From a virus, in the IMG/VR virus record IMGVR_UViG_3300045988_137960: 41,802 nucleotides of DNA. The stretch is one strand, 5' to 3'. Under the pieces are notes generated by a model. It ran no database searches, was not told where the DNA came from, and was given only the letters and a program-made list of their open reading frames with translations. This document shows, one piece after another, positions 7,482 through 17,250 of the stretch. Both the position numbers and the translations under genes were made by a program. Within the stretch, counting starts at the first letter, position 1; each line of letters starts with the position of its first letter.

Positions 7482-9810
7482 TGACAGGCTCCTCCCACAC
7501 CGATTCGGTCATGGAGGCGGATACGCTCCACCTCTTGAGGCCGGACGACTCGCGCTCGACCTCCATGTCGACCGCCACGGTCGCTCGGTTGCCGTCGAGG
7601 TCCCTGAACCAGCACCACGACCAGCGGCGCGACAGCTCGCGGACCGCGTTGGCCTGCGCGATGTCGTACAGCTGCCACGACGAGGCAAGGCTCACGTCCA
7701 TCTCGTCGAGGTCGTACCTCATCGGGAGTCCGCCGTTCTCGCCGTTGTCGGCGAAGTGGTACAGCTCGCGGCTGTGCTCGACGCCGTGGGACGACGTCGG
7801 GTTGAACCCGGCACGCAGGAACGTGCCTCCGTCGCGGCCGAAGTTCATGGCCGCGAACTTGCTGCGGCAAATGGTCGGCACGACGACCTCGGTCGAGGTT
7901 CCGGAGAACGCGTACGCGGTCACTACGTAGTAGAACTTGACGTTAAGCGGCGGAAGGCGGTCGAATGCGGCGCTACCACCCGTCAGCTTGGACGCAAGTT
8001 TCGTCATGGTGCCGTCCGGGTTGACGCGCGAGACGTCGAACGAGACTGCCTCGGCGACCGCGTTCGACAGATTGATGGTCTTTCCATCGACCGTGGTCCT
8101 TCCGCTCAGCGCGGCACCGCCGTCGATGATTGACATGGGGCCGACCAGCACCGTGCCGTCGACCGTGTATTCGGTCGAGCCTTTCTCGATTAGGATGCTG
8201 CCCGCGAGTTCATCGTCATAGGAAATGGCGATCTTAGGCGGAGTAGGCTCATACCAGTGCGTCGTGAAGCGCCTCATGGCCCTCACGGTAAGGCCGGAGC
8301 CGCCGCGGACGTCTAGCACGAGCGTGTACGACGCGTCGTTCTTGATGGTCGAGTACGCACCGACGTTCCATGACGTCGCATCCGTCGCCGGCGTTATGGA
8401 CTCGACCTCGTTGCCATCGGTGTCGAGAAGCGAGACTTTGACGTAGCTGACGCCCGTCTCGTCGGCGATGTTCCAAGAAACGTTGAGGGGAATCTCGCCG
8501 ATGGCGACGGAGTCGCTTGCCGGGTTCGTAAAGTACGCCTGCGGGGCGTTCGCCACGTTGAACACGTAGTAGCGCGACCACTCGCCCCAGCTCGGGTCTA
8601 CTCCCTTGGTTCGGGCGCGGACCTTGTAGCTTCCCTCGGACGATACCGCCCTCGTCACGAGCGACTGGCCGCCCGGCAGCGTCATCGACTCCGTACTGCC
8701 GTCCGGCAGGGTGAACTCCACCTGCTGTGCGGACGGGTCGGTGCGGTCGGGGTGGTTGGGGATGATGGTGAACGCAACGTTGGCGGACGTGCCGTCGAAC
8801 GCGTATGCGCCTGATAGGCCGGAGATGCCGGGCGGACCGGGCGGGCAGATCGTGATGACGGCCCCGCTGTACGCCCACTCGCCCTTAAGGCCGGACTGGA
8901 CCGCCCTGATGCGGTAGTGAACCGTGCCGGCAGGCGGTGTCGTGTCCTCGAAGCCCCTGCCGGTCCTGTTGAGTTCGACTGGGACCCAAGTCTTGCCGTC
9001 GGTCGAGATTTCCGACTCGATGGACTCGTAGTACATGGGCGAGGACGCCGCGACCATGACGACGCTGCCGGTGTCGCTCTTCGAGGTCGACAGCATGAAG
9101 GCGAGCGGCGTCGTGTAAACGACAAGCTCGGACGTGCGGTCGGACTCTCCTCCCGGACCGTACGAGCGGAGTGCATACGCGTACTTATGGCCTGCCTCGG
9201 TGGAGTTGTCGGTCCAGTTCGTGATGTCCCAAGAGACATCCTTGATGTTGACCCACGCTCCGTCGTCGGTTCGGCGGTCGACGTGCACGCCGGCCCACGG
9301 GTAATGCCCGTTCATGCCGGTGTAGTTGTGCTCCCACGCGATCTTCTGCGAGGAGTCGCTCACGCGCGAGACGCTGACGTTCTTCGGCTGGTGCGGCGTG
9401 TAGTACTCGATTGCCGGTACGGTCACGTTGACGCCGGCCTCGGTGCCGCCCCAGCGCCATGCGCCGTAGCCGCTTACGGTCTTGCCCCACGTCTTGTACC
9501 AGCAGTAGACGTTGTAGGCGTCGCCCTTGCGGGGGAACGGGCCGTAAGTGGCGCTGCCGTAAGCGCCGTTCGTGTGCGGGCTGAGACACGCCCAGTCGAT
9601 GTCCCCGCTCCACTGGGCGGAGACATCGCTCGTGGCGGCATGGCCGACCTGCCCCGCGATACCGTACAGACAGGCGGCGTCAAAGTACGCATTGCCATCG
9701 ACGGTGATCCAGACGTTGTCGTCATCCTTCTTGGAGACGTATGCGTTGACATATCCGCGCATACGGTAGTCCGCGTAGTTCGTGGACCAACCGGAATAGG
9801 CTTCTGCCAT
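7468..9810 (-). CDS. Distal-tail-position structural protein with FN3-like insertions
   Basis: 780 aa and the first gene after the tape measure. It contains segments such as PKNVSVSRVSDSSQKIAWEHN...YAYALRSYGPGGES (fibronectin-III-like). AGGGAG RBS. Confidence 0.6.
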   Translation of the reverse strand: MAEAYSGWSTNYADYRMRGYVNAYVSKKDDDNVWITVDGNAYFDAACLYGIAGQVGHAATSDVSAQWSGDIDWACLSPHTNGAYGSATYGPFPRKGDAYNVYCWYKTWGKTVSGYGAWRWGGTEAGVNVTVPAIEYYTPHQPKNVSVSRVSDSSQKIAWEHNYTGMNGHYPWAGVHVDRRTDDGAWVNIKDVSWDITNWTDNSTEAGHKYAYALRSYGPGGESDRTSELVVYTTPLAFMLSTSKSDTGSVVMVAASSPMYYESIESEISTDGKTWVPVELNRTGRGFEDTTPPAGTVHYRIRAVQSGLKGEWAYSGAVITICPPGPPGISGLSGAYAFDGTSANVAFTIIPNHPDRTDPSAQQVEFTLPDGSTESMTLPGGQSLVTRAVSSEGSYKVRARTKGVDPSWGEWSRYYVFNVANAPQAYFTNPASDSVAIGEIPLNVSWNIADETGVSYVKVSLLDTDGNEVESITPATDATSWNVGAYSTIKNDASYTLVLDVRGGSGLTVRAMRRFTTHWYEPTPPKIAISYDDELAGSILIEKGSTEYTVDGTVLVGPMSIIDGGAALSGRTTVDGKTINLSNAVAEAVSFDVSRVNPDGTMTKLASKLTGGSAAFDRLPPLNVKFYYVVTAYAFSGTSTEVVVPTICRSKFAAMNFGRDGGTFLRAGFNPTSSHGVEHSRELYHFADNGENGGLPMRYDLDEMDVSLASSWQLYDIAQANAVRELSRRWSWCWFRDLDGNRATVAVDMEVERESSGLKRWSVSASMTESVWEEPVNGDV

Positions 9811-9856
9811 GCCGACTCCCTATTTGAACAGGAAGGGGGCCTGATGACCCCCTTCG

Positions 9857-12800
9857 TCACTTCATCTTGTAGAACCTGCCCGTGCTCTTGATGAGCGTCT
9901 GGACGGCGTCCTCGATGCCGGGATTCGCCTGGACCGTGCGACCGTCGACGGTCACGTAGTAGTTGACCGTCTTGGACTCGCTGACGCTCGAGTAGGACTG
10001 TCCGCCGGACAGCCTCGAGGACACGTTCCCGGCATAGGCGTCGACCGACGCCGCGTAGGCGAGCGTCTCCGCGGCCTTGCTGACGGAACCGACGCCGGAC
10101 ACCATGCCGGCGGCGAAGTTCTGGGCCAGGTGCAGGCCGGAGCGCTTTCCGCCGCGCTCCGCGCCGGACCACGGACCCTTGTCGGGGACCGAGAACTGAA
10201 GGATTGACCTCGCGGCGTTTGCGATGTTGGTCGCGGCCCTCGACACCCAGCCGATTCCCGCGTTGATGCCGGCGGCGAAGTTCGATGCGAGATGCGAGCC
10301 GGACCTGTAGGTATCGCCCGCGGCCGTCATCGTGGCGGCCTTCGCCGCGATGCTCGCGGCTTTCTGGGCCACACTCCACGCCTGCGACCCGATGCCGGAG
10401 CCGAAGTTTCCGGATGCGGTAGCTCCCTTGCCGCGCATGTCGCCGACGTCGCCCATCCTGGCGGCGTTTCCTGCGAGCCTCGCGGCCGTCGACGCGACGA
10501 AGCCGAGGTTCGACCCAGCGCCGTTTGCAAGCTCGGAGGACGCGGTAGCGCCCTTTCCGTTCATCTCGGGGGCGAGGAAGTTGAGCGCGGCGGACAGCGC
10601 CTGCCCGATGGAGGACATGGCGCTGATGGGGCCTTCCCTGCCTTCGTCGATGCCGTTCTGGAGGCCGGCGTCGAGGTCGCCGCCGATGGCATCGAAGACC
10701 GTCGACGGCGAGTGGACGCCGAGAATCTCCTTGGCCCTGTCGATGACGTCCTGGCCGAGCGCGGCGGACGCCTCCGGGGACAGCGTTCCGTTCCTGATGC
10801 CCTCGGCGAGGCCCTCGTCGATGTTGATTCCGGCCTCTTTGCACTTGGTCACAAGCTCGTCGTCGAGCTTGAGCAGGACGGCGTCCTTCATGGCCTGCGT
10901 GGCGTCGGCCGGCAGGTTGGAGTACTGCTCGATGACGTCGGCAAGGGCCTGCGGGCACTCGATTCCGTGCTTGCTGAACACGTCCTTGAGACCGGAAAGG
11001 TCACCGTCGGCAACGTCCTTCATGGCGCTCGTGGCGTCCTGGACGCTGATGGAGCCGTCGGAGATGCCCTGTGCGAGCAACTCCGCGATGCTGAGTCCGA
11101 GTGGCTGCATCTCGGGCGGCAGCGATGCGACCGCGGAGTTGACGCCGTTCTTAACGAACTCCATGGCCTGGTCGATTGTCACCTTGCCACTGCTGATACC
11201 AAGAGCCAGCGAATTGGCGATGCCGGTTCCGAACTGCTCGAACTGCGGGGCGATGCCCTCCATCGCGCCGGCGAGGTTGTTCACGTTCTCAGTGAGGCTC
11301 TCGGATAGCTCGAGTGCCTTCTGCGCGTTGTCGTTGGCCTTCTCCTGCGCCTTGGTGGCCTTGTCGAGGGCTTCCTTCTCCGCGGAGTTCGCGGACACCG
11401 TCTCGTACAGCGAGGCGGCCTGTTCGCGAGTCATGTGGACGCTCTCGTCGAGTCCGGCGAGGTAGTTGTCGATCCACTTCTCTTTGTCGCCGTAGGCCTT
11501 GTTGTACGCCTCCTGAGCCTTCTGGGCCTTGATGGTGGCGCGGGCCTCCTCCTCCATGTACTCTGCCGCGACCTTGGAGTATGCCTGCTTCCTGGCGTTC
11601 AGCTCCCAGGCGTCGGCGTTCGCCTTGATCTCTGAGGTGCTCTTTGACAGTGCGCCGGCTGCGGCGTCCGTGACTTCGACCGAGTCGCCGGTAATCTCGT
11701 TGTACTTCTTGACTGCCTCGGCGAGAAGTTCCTGCTCGTATTCGCTGAGCTGCGACTTAGTCGTCAGCCTCTCGATGGTGCCGATGTAGTTGTCGAGCAG
11801 GATGCTGTTCGTGCCGATGTCGTCGAGCGACTCGCCAAACGCCTCTCCTGTCGCCTTCATCGACTCGTATACGTCGTTAATCTCGTCCTTGAGGGTCGCG
11901 TACGTGTCTCCGAGGCCCTGGACCGAGCCATTGTGCTCAGAGACGATGTCTGAGACGTCGCGGAGCGCACCTGCGACGAGTTCCTGCTCAGCCTTCCACT
12001 TCTGGTACTCGCCGACGAGAGCGGCTACGACCCCGACGGCAAGTCCGATTGCGGCGATGGGAAGCGCGGTCTTCAGCACGTTGCTCGCGCCAGCAAGGAG
12101 CTTTGTCCCCGTTACGGCGAGCTTCTCCTTGGCGGTGAGTCCCGAAAGCTCGTCGGCCATAGCCGCAGCCCTCTTTGCCACGTTGGCGGACGCGCTGTTC
12201 AGCTTGGACAGATGGTCCTTGAGCTGTCTTGCGCCGGTTCCGGCGGTTCCGATAATGGACAGCGCCGGGCCGGCAGCGGCGACCAGCAATCCAGCGCCGG
12301 CAGCGGCCTGCCTGAAGCCGACGTCCGCGTTGGAGAACTCCTTCGCGGCCTTGCCGGCCACGTCGGCGATATTGGAGAAAACGGGGGCCAGTGCGTCGCC
12401 GAGAGCGGACGCGGCGTTCTCTCCCGCGTTCTTGATGCGGGAGATGGAGCCGGACAGGCCCTCGGCCTTCTTGCTCGCCTCTGCGGCGGCATCGCCTGCA
12501 TCTCCCCACTCGTCGCTCACGCCGCTCCACGCGTCGCGCGACATCGTGAGGTTATCGTCGAGGCCCTCGACCGTCTGCATCAGTCCCTCGACCGCCTGTT
12601 TCTGGCGGACCGAGGTGATGCCGAGATCGACGAGGGTCGCGTCGGCGGAACCGCCGCTCTCCTCGATTCCCTTGAGGCCCTCGACGAACGCCTTCAGCAC
12701 GGCAGTCGGGTCCTTGTCCCATGCGGCCTTGAAGTCCTCCGCGGACATCTGCGACGTCCTTGCAAAGGCGTCGAGCGAGTCGCCGCCCTGCGCCACGGCA

Positions 12801-14689
12801 GTCTCGATATTGGACATCGTCTTGCTGATGGCGGTGCCGGCGGACTCGGCGTTCTGGCCGGTCGACGCGATGGACGAGGCCCATGCGAGGATGTCCGGCG
12901 TGGTCATGCCGATGATGGAACCCATGGAGCCGATGCGCTTGGCGATGTCGATGATCTGCGACTCGGTTGATGCGCCGTTGTTTCCTAGGCGCACGAGCGA
13001 GTCGGAGAACGCCGGCATGTGGCTCTCGTCGAGGTCGTCGAGGATGTTCGCGAGCTGTCCGAGGGCAGTCGCGGCCTCGTCGGCATTGAGGTCGGTGGCG
13101 ACGTCGATGTTCGAGACGGTCGTCGCGAACGTGTCGAGCGCCTCTGTGGCGATTCCAAGCTCGCCGCCGATTGCCTGGATGGACAGGATCTGCGACGCCG
13201 AGGTGACGTGCGTGTTGGAGAAGTCGATTGCTGCCTGCTTGAGGCTCTCGAAGTCCTGCTCGGTGCCGTTGACAGTCTTTCGCATGTCGCGGTAGGCGGA
13301 GTCCATGTCGTTTGCGGCACTGATGGACGCGCCGCCGAGCGCGACCATCGCCGGGGTCAGCGTGGCGGACAGCGTCATGCCGAGCGACTTCACGGTGGAC
13401 CATCCGAACTCGACGGTACCTCCCATGTTGCGCATGGATGCAGCAAGTTCGTCGACCTGAATCTTGGCTTCCTCGGCGGACTGCTTGACCTCGATGTACT
13501 CCTTCTGCATGTTCGCGAAGTCTCGGGCTGATGCCGCCTTCTTCTCCTCCGCGGACAGCTCGTACACGGCGGTCTTGGCCCTGAGAACGGCTTCGGCCGC
13601 CTGCTTGTAGTCGTCCTCGGTGGACTTGGCTAGCTGGTCGACCTGCTTCATGCGGCTCTCGGCGTCCTGTAGAGCCGCCTTGGCGTACTGAAGCTCCGAA
13701 TTGATGCCTGACCAGTGCTCGGTGGCCTTCTGCGCCTCGATTGCGACGTTCTTGGTGGAGGCGGCGACCTTGTCGACGCCGGACTCCTCGTACGCCTTCA
13801 GCTTGTCGCCGAGAAGCTCGGCCTTGCGCTTGGCAAGCTCGGCCGCCTGAGCGAGGTCGTTCAGCTTGCGCTCGGCCGCCATCATGTTGTTCGGGTTCAT
13901 CTTGAGGGCCGCATCGCAGCGCTTCGCGTCGGAGATGAGGTCCTTGATGGATGCGTCCATCTTCTCGACCTCGCGGTCGGTCGTGATGAGCCCCTGGGCC
14001 AGGCTCGACGGGATATTGAGCTTGCCCATCTGCGCGGACAGGCTCCTCACGTCGGACGTGGTAACGTCGATCTCGTTCTCGAGATGCTTCAGCTCGGCCA
14101 CCTGCTTGGCGGCCTCGTTCTCGTCGAACGCCTGCTGCCACGCGGCACGCATCTCCAAGATGGCGTCGATGTCGTCATCCGTGACGAGTCCGACTTCCTT
14201 CAGCTTGGCGACGGTCGTCTCGAACTCCTCGTTGGAGCTGCGGATGGCGTCGGAGAGCTTGAAGTCGTCGGGGAACTCATCCATCGCGCGTGCGGCCTTG
14301 TTGATTGGGCCGTACATCTTGTCGAGTTCCGCGTTGAGCGCGTTGTATCGCTTGAGCGCGAGCTGTGCGTTCAGGGCCGCGTTCTCGGTGTGCTCCGCAA
14401 GCTCCTTGACGCTTCGGTCGGTGCCGGCGGCAGTCGCCCTGGACAGCTGCTCGTGTGCCTCCTTGAGCGTCCTGAGCTTGAGGGCGGCCTCCTGTGCGCG
14501 GTCCTTGAGAAGTTCGTACTTTCGCGTGACGTTGGTCAGGCGGCCGGGGTCGAGGTTGGAGGCCTTGGTGATGGCCTTGAGCTGCCTTTGAGTCTCGGCA
14601 CCGGCCTTGGTAGCCGCCTTGAGGGCAGCGGTGAGCTTGGTGGTGTCGCCGCCGATCTTGATGGTCAGTCCGCGATATGCGTCCGCCAT
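9857..14689 (-). CDS. Tail tape measure protein
   Basis: 1610 aa, beginning MADAYRGLTIKIGGDTTKL, helical and Ala-rich throughout. It sits in the canonical position after the chaperone pair. Confidence 0.9.
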   Translation of the reverse strand: MADAYRGLTIKIGGDTTKLTAALKAATKAGAETQRQLKAITKASNLDPGRLTNVTRKYELLKDRAQEAALKLRTLKEAHEQLSRATAAGTDRSVKELAEHTENAALNAQLALKRYNALNAELDKMYGPINKAARAMDEFPDDFKLSDAIRSSNEEFETTVAKLKEVGLVTDDDIDAILEMRAAWQQAFDENEAAKQVAELKHLENEIDVTTSDVRSLSAQMGKLNIPSSLAQGLITTDREVEKMDASIKDLISDAKRCDAALKMNPNNMMAAERKLNDLAQAAELAKRKAELLGDKLKAYEESGVDKVAASTKNVAIEAQKATEHWSGINSELQYAKAALQDAESRMKQVDQLAKSTEDDYKQAAEAVLRAKTAVYELSAEEKKAASARDFANMQKEYIEVKQSAEEAKIQVDELAASMRNMGGTVEFGWSTVKSLGMTLSATLTPAMVALGGASISAANDMDSAYRDMRKTVNGTEQDFESLKQAAIDFSNTHVTSASQILSIQAIGGELGIATEALDTFATTVSNIDVATDLNADEAATALGQLANILDDLDESHMPAFSDSLVRLGNNGASTESQIIDIAKRIGSMGSIIGMTTPDILAWASSIASTGQNAESAGTAISKTMSNIETAVAQGGDSLDAFARTSQMSAEDFKAAWDKDPTAVLKAFVEGLKGIEESGGSADATLVDLGITSVRQKQAVEGLMQTVEGLDDNLTMSRDAWSGVSDEWGDAGDAAAEASKKAEGLSGSISRIKNAGENAASALGDALAPVFSNIADVAGKAAKEFSNADVGFRQAAAGAGLLVAAAGPALSIIGTAGTGARQLKDHLSKLNSASANVAKRAAAMADELSGLTAKEKLAVTGTKLLAGASNVLKTALPIAAIGLAVGVVAALVGEYQKWKAEQELVAGALRDVSDIVSEHNGSVQGLGDTYATLKDEINDVYESMKATGEAFGESLDDIGTNSILLDNYIGTIERLTTKSQLSEYEQELLAEAVKKYNEITGDSVEVTDAAAGALSKSTSEIKANADAWELNARKQAYSKVAAEYMEEEARATIKAQKAQEAYNKAYGDKEKWIDNYLAGLDESVHMTREQAASLYETVSANSAEKEALDKATKAQEKANDNAQKALELSESLTENVNNLAGAMEGIAPQFEQFGTGIANSLALGISSGKVTIDQAMEFVKNGVNSAVASLPPEMQPLGLSIAELLAQGISDGSISVQDATSAMKDVADGDLSGLKDVFSKHGIECPQALADVIEQYSNLPADATQAMKDAVLLKLDDELVTKCKEAGINIDEGLAEGIRNGTLSPEASAALGQDVIDRAKEILGVHSPSTVFDAIGGDLDAGLQNGIDEGREGPISAMSSIGQALSAALNFLAPEMNGKGATASSELANGAGSNLGFVASTAARLAGNAARMGDVGDMRGKGATASGNFGSGIGSQAWSVAQKAASIAAKAATMTAAGDTYRSGSHLASNFAAGINAGIGWVSRAATNIANAARSILQFSVPDKGPWSGAERGGKRSGLHLAQNFAAGMVSGVGSVSKAAETLAYAASVDAYAGNVSSRLSGGQSYSSVSESKTVNYYVTVDGRTVQANPGIEDAVQTLIKSTGRFYKMK

Positions 14690-14709
14690 GGGTCACCATG
14701 CCCTTCCTG

Positions 14710-14922
14710 TTAACCGAGCAGCCGGTCTATGTCTTCTAGGGTTGCGTCGCGCGTGCCGTCGGAGCTGTTCCGCTGCGGCACGGTCGACTGGAGGAACATC
14801 AGCAGCTCCGGAAGGCGCATCGTCATCAGGCGGTCCCACGGGATGCCCGCGCGGAGGCCGGATGAGAAGATTCGCGTGTACCGGAGCGGGTCTTCGCCCG
14901 ATTCGCCGGACTGCGCCGGCAC
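14710..14922 (-). CDS. Possible C-terminal extension ORF of the tail assembly chaperone (T-like), in the +1 frame relative to 14927-15403
   Basis: 70 codons. The only start is a GTG fused to AAGGAG with no spacing. The frame is open about 18 codons upstream into the preceding ORF. Confidence 0.4.
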   Translation of the reverse strand: MPAQSGESGEDPLRYTRIFSSGLRAGIPWDRLMTMRLPELLMFLQSTVPQRNSSDGTRDATLEDIDRLLG

Positions 14923-14926
14923 TCCT

Positions 14927-15403
14927 TTAAGAGCGGGTGTGAAACAGGCCGCGCTGCGTCTCCTCGAACGCAGCGAAGTTGGTGTCGCGCATGTTCACCT
15001 GGCCGAGGCCCATGAGCCACTGCTTGAACGTCGGGCAGGCGTCGCCGGCGACGTCGCAGGCCGTCTTGCGCATGGCCCACATGACGCGCAGCGTCGCGTC
15101 CCATCGGTCCTTCGTGTAGTCGATTACGGTGTTGACGTACTGGGGGAAGGCCCTGCGCACGAGTGCGGACGTGGTCTTCGGAAGCGGCTTCTGCTTACCG
15201 GTCTTCTCGTCGACGGGCATGTTCTCGGCGAGCCTGTTCTCGACGAACTCGGCGGTCACCACCTCGCCGCTGTCATCACCGAGATCGACCCTGCCGTAGA
15301 AGTCAGCGATGAGGGACACGCCGAACTCCTGCTCATACAGGTAGGTCGTGTACGCGGAGCAGATGTACTCAAGCTCCCCGGTGCCGTCGATGTCGTATTT
15401 CAT
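14927..15403 (-). CDS. Tail assembly chaperone (G-like)
   Basis: 158 aa and acidic, lying between the major tail protein and the tape measure. Confidence 0.6.
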   Translation of the reverse strand: MKYDIDGTGELEYICSAYTTYLYEQEFGVSLIADFYGRVDLGDDSGEVVTAEFVENRLAENMPVDEKTGKQKPLPKTTSALVRRAFPQYVNTVIDYTKDRWDATLRVMWAMRKTACDVAGDACPTFKQWLMGLGQVNMRDTNFAAFEETQRGLFHTRS

Positions 15404-15436
15404 GCTGTTTACCTTTCCTTGTAGGCGTTAAAAGAG

Positions 15437-15481
15437 ACACGCGGGCCTCTCGCCCGCCTACTCGACGAGAGGTCCGCGTGT
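15437..15481 (-). terminator. Second of two tandem hairpins after the major tail gene
   Basis: 16-bp stem (15437-15452 with 15466-15481, one G:T pair), followed on the minus strand by CTCTTTT. Confidence 0.5.
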
Positions 15482-15494
15482 TTCTTTCAAGAGA

Positions 15495-15520
15495 AAAGGG
15501 GCACCCGCAGGTGCCCCTTT
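15495..15520 (-). terminator. Factor-independent terminator/attenuator after the major tail gene
   Basis: aaaggggcacc/ggtgccccttt forms an 11-bp stem with a 4-nt loop, 12 nt after the stop at 15532. Confidence 0.65.
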
Positions 15521-15531
15521 CAGCTGTTTGT

Positions 15532-16098
15532 CTAGGCCGAAGCGGTCGGAAGCAGGACGCTATCGAAGAAGGAGTCGTACTTGGCCTTGTCGGTGGACTT
15601 GACGGTGGCCTTGGAGATGCTCTTGGCCTCGCCATTGACCTGGAGCTGCTTGCCTGCGGCGGAGAAGCTGTAGGTGTCGGTGTCGGGGTCGGTCGTGTCC
15701 TCCTTGGTGTTCGCCTCGGTGTTGGGGCGGGACAGCTTGCAGCTGTAGTAGACGCAGCGGCGCTTGTAGGGGTCGCCGTTGACCTCGAACATCAGGGCGA
15801 ACTCGACGCCGGTGCTGTCCATGTCCTCGAGCAGGAGTCCGCTGTCGTTGATGTATCCGAGCAGGTCGATGAGCATCTGCTCCTCGGTGTCGGCAAGCTC
15901 AAGCTCGCCGGAGATGCTGGAGGAGTCGACGAAGGTGGCGTAGACGACGTCATCGGCGTAGAACTTGGTCACGTCGCCGTCGTACTCGACGGTGAGCTTC
16001 TTAGCGCCGGGTGCCTTGACGGGCGTCTTGTACTTGGACTTCTCGGGGTCCCAGACGGCATAGTGGACGTTCTTGAGTCCGTACTTAACCTTTGCCAT
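15532..16098 (-). CDS. Major tail protein (phi13/TP901-like)
   Basis: 188 aa: MAKVKYGLKNVHYAVWDPEKSKYKTPVKAPGAKKLTVEYDGDVTKFYADD... Confidence 0.8.
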   Translation of the reverse strand: MAKVKYGLKNVHYAVWDPEKSKYKTPVKAPGAKKLTVEYDGDVTKFYADDVVYATFVDSSSISGELELADTEEQMLIDLLGYINDSGLLLEDMDSTGVEFALMFEVNGDPYKRRCVYYSCKLSRPNTEANTKEDTTDPDTDTYSFSAAGKQLQVNGEAKSISKATVKSTDKAKYDSFFDSVLLPTASA

Positions 16099-16101
16099 TG
16101 G

Positions 16102-16569
16102 TTAGTTCCCTTCCTTGGTAACTGTGAAGTAATAGGAGACGATTCGCGCGTGCTCCGACTCAGACCAGTCCTCGTACACGCGGACGGGTCCGAACGCCCG
16201 TTTTAGGGCCATCAGAAGGGCTGTCTCGACCACCTGGTCGGCTTGCCTCTCGATGAGTTCGACCCGGTACCTCGGCATCGAGTACCAGTTGTCGTCGTCC
16301 GCGTACTGCTCTCCGCTGGAGTCGAGCGAGTAGACGAAGAACGGCGGCTTGACCTTCGACCCCTCCGGGTACGCCTGGTGCGTTCCGGCGAGGCCGGTTG
16401 ACCTGCACGCCTCGTAGACGAGCCTGTCGTACGACCCGAACAGCTCGAGAGCCTCTCCGATGTGCGCAGTCGGCTCGACGACCTCGACGTTCGCGCCGAT
16501 GACGATTCCGCCCTCGGTCTTTCCGAGCGGTCCGGTCAGTGTCGCGCCGATGACTCCCACGTTGCTCAT
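16102..16569 (-). CDS. Tail-completion/tail-terminator-position protein
   Basis: 155 aa from MSNVGVIG. The ATGA overlaps the upstream stop. The ORF-track N-terminal extension is Arg/Pro-rich nonsense. Confidence 0.55.
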   Translation of the reverse strand: MSNVGVIGATLTGPLGKTEGGIVIGANVEVVEPTAHIGEALELFGSYDRLVYEACRSTGLAGTHQAYPEGSKVKPPFFVYSLDSSGEQYADDDNWYSMPRYRVELIERQADQVVETALLMALKRAFGPVRVYEDWSESEHARIVSYYFTVTKEGN

Positions 16570-16949
16570 AGGTCGGCCTCCAGCCTCTGGACGAGCGATT
16601 CGTATGCCTTCTGGAAGCCGCGCTCTGCCGCCGGGGCGACGTGGGGCCTTCCGGGCACGCGGCCGCCGCCGATGGTGGCGTGGCCCTTCTCGAGGAGGTG
16701 CGGGAGGCCCGGTTTCGTCGAGTAGACGTGCGACTCGGGCTTCTCCTCGGTCCCCTCGACCCTGTAGCGGATCGACTTGCTGTAGTCGCCAGTGCGGACC
16801 GGAGCGCCATCGCGCCACGCCTGCTTTGCCTCCTCGGAGCCGTCCCTTACGGACTCGAGCAGGTCGTCGCACGATACGGCCTTGATGTCTCCGAATATCT
16901 CGTCGAGTGCCGATGCGAAGGCGTCGGCCCCGACAGTCCTGCTAGCCAT
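16566..16949 (-). CDS. HK97 gp10-like head-tail protein
   Basis: APVRTGDYSKSIRY...PGLPHLLEKGH matches the gp10-family pattern (P-x-x-TG-x-L/Y-x-x-SI ... E-x-G). Confidence 0.7.
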   Translation of the reverse strand: MASRTVGADAFASALDEIFGDIKAVSCDDLLESVRDGSEEAKQAWRDGAPVRTGDYSKSIRYRVEGTEEKPESHVYSTKPGLPHLLEKGHATIGGGRVPGRPHVAPAAERGFQKAYESLVQRLEADL

Positions 16950-17250
16950 TGGAGACGTGCCTCCCCAGCTGTAGCTTCACGAACTCGCCCGAGACTGAGG
17001 CGTTCTCGACGTCGTACTGGACTCCGTCGAACTCGACCTCGCTCTCGCCTGAGTACTCGTCTGCCCTGAGCTGGATGAGCGCGTCGGCGCGGAGGCCGAC
17101 GTCGAACGACGTGGCCCATAGGTCGCTGCCGACGGTGAAGCGGTTGCAGTAGCGCATCCTGCGCTCCGGCTGCCCCTGAATCACGTTTCCGGCCTCGTCC
17201 TGGACCATGTCGGGCCACGCGAGCAGGAAGCAGACGTCGTTCCACCTCAT
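16942..17250 (-). CDS. Head closure/head-tail joining protein
   Basis: 102 aa in the canonical position between the gp6-like and gp10-like genes. Confidence 0.65.
   Translation of the reverse strand: MRWNDVCFLLAWPDMVQDEAGNVIQGQPERRMRYCNRFTVGSDLWATSFDVGLRADALIQLRADEYSGESEVEFDGVQYDVENASVSGEFVKLQLGRHVSNG

Noticed and set aside
10332-13295. Long plus-strand ORFs (10292-11308, 10332-11465, 11790-13295, 12212-12970 and similar ones at 1050-1916, 3149-4045, 4662-5654, 17831-18886, 21746-22633).
   Set aside because: They lie antisense to, or out of frame with, strongly supported minus-strand structural genes. Their translations are Ala/Gly/Arg/Pro/Ser-rich low-complexity strings typical of open shadow frames in high-GC DNA.
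16570-16872. The N-terminal 101 codons of ORF 16102-16872 (and similar Arg-rich extensions of 34014-34556, 35646-36680, 33375-33695 and 30193-31266).
   Set aside because: These extensions overlap the upstream gene in another frame and are Arg/Pro/Gly-rich. Internal ATGs with an RBS or ATGA coupling give the protein-like products.
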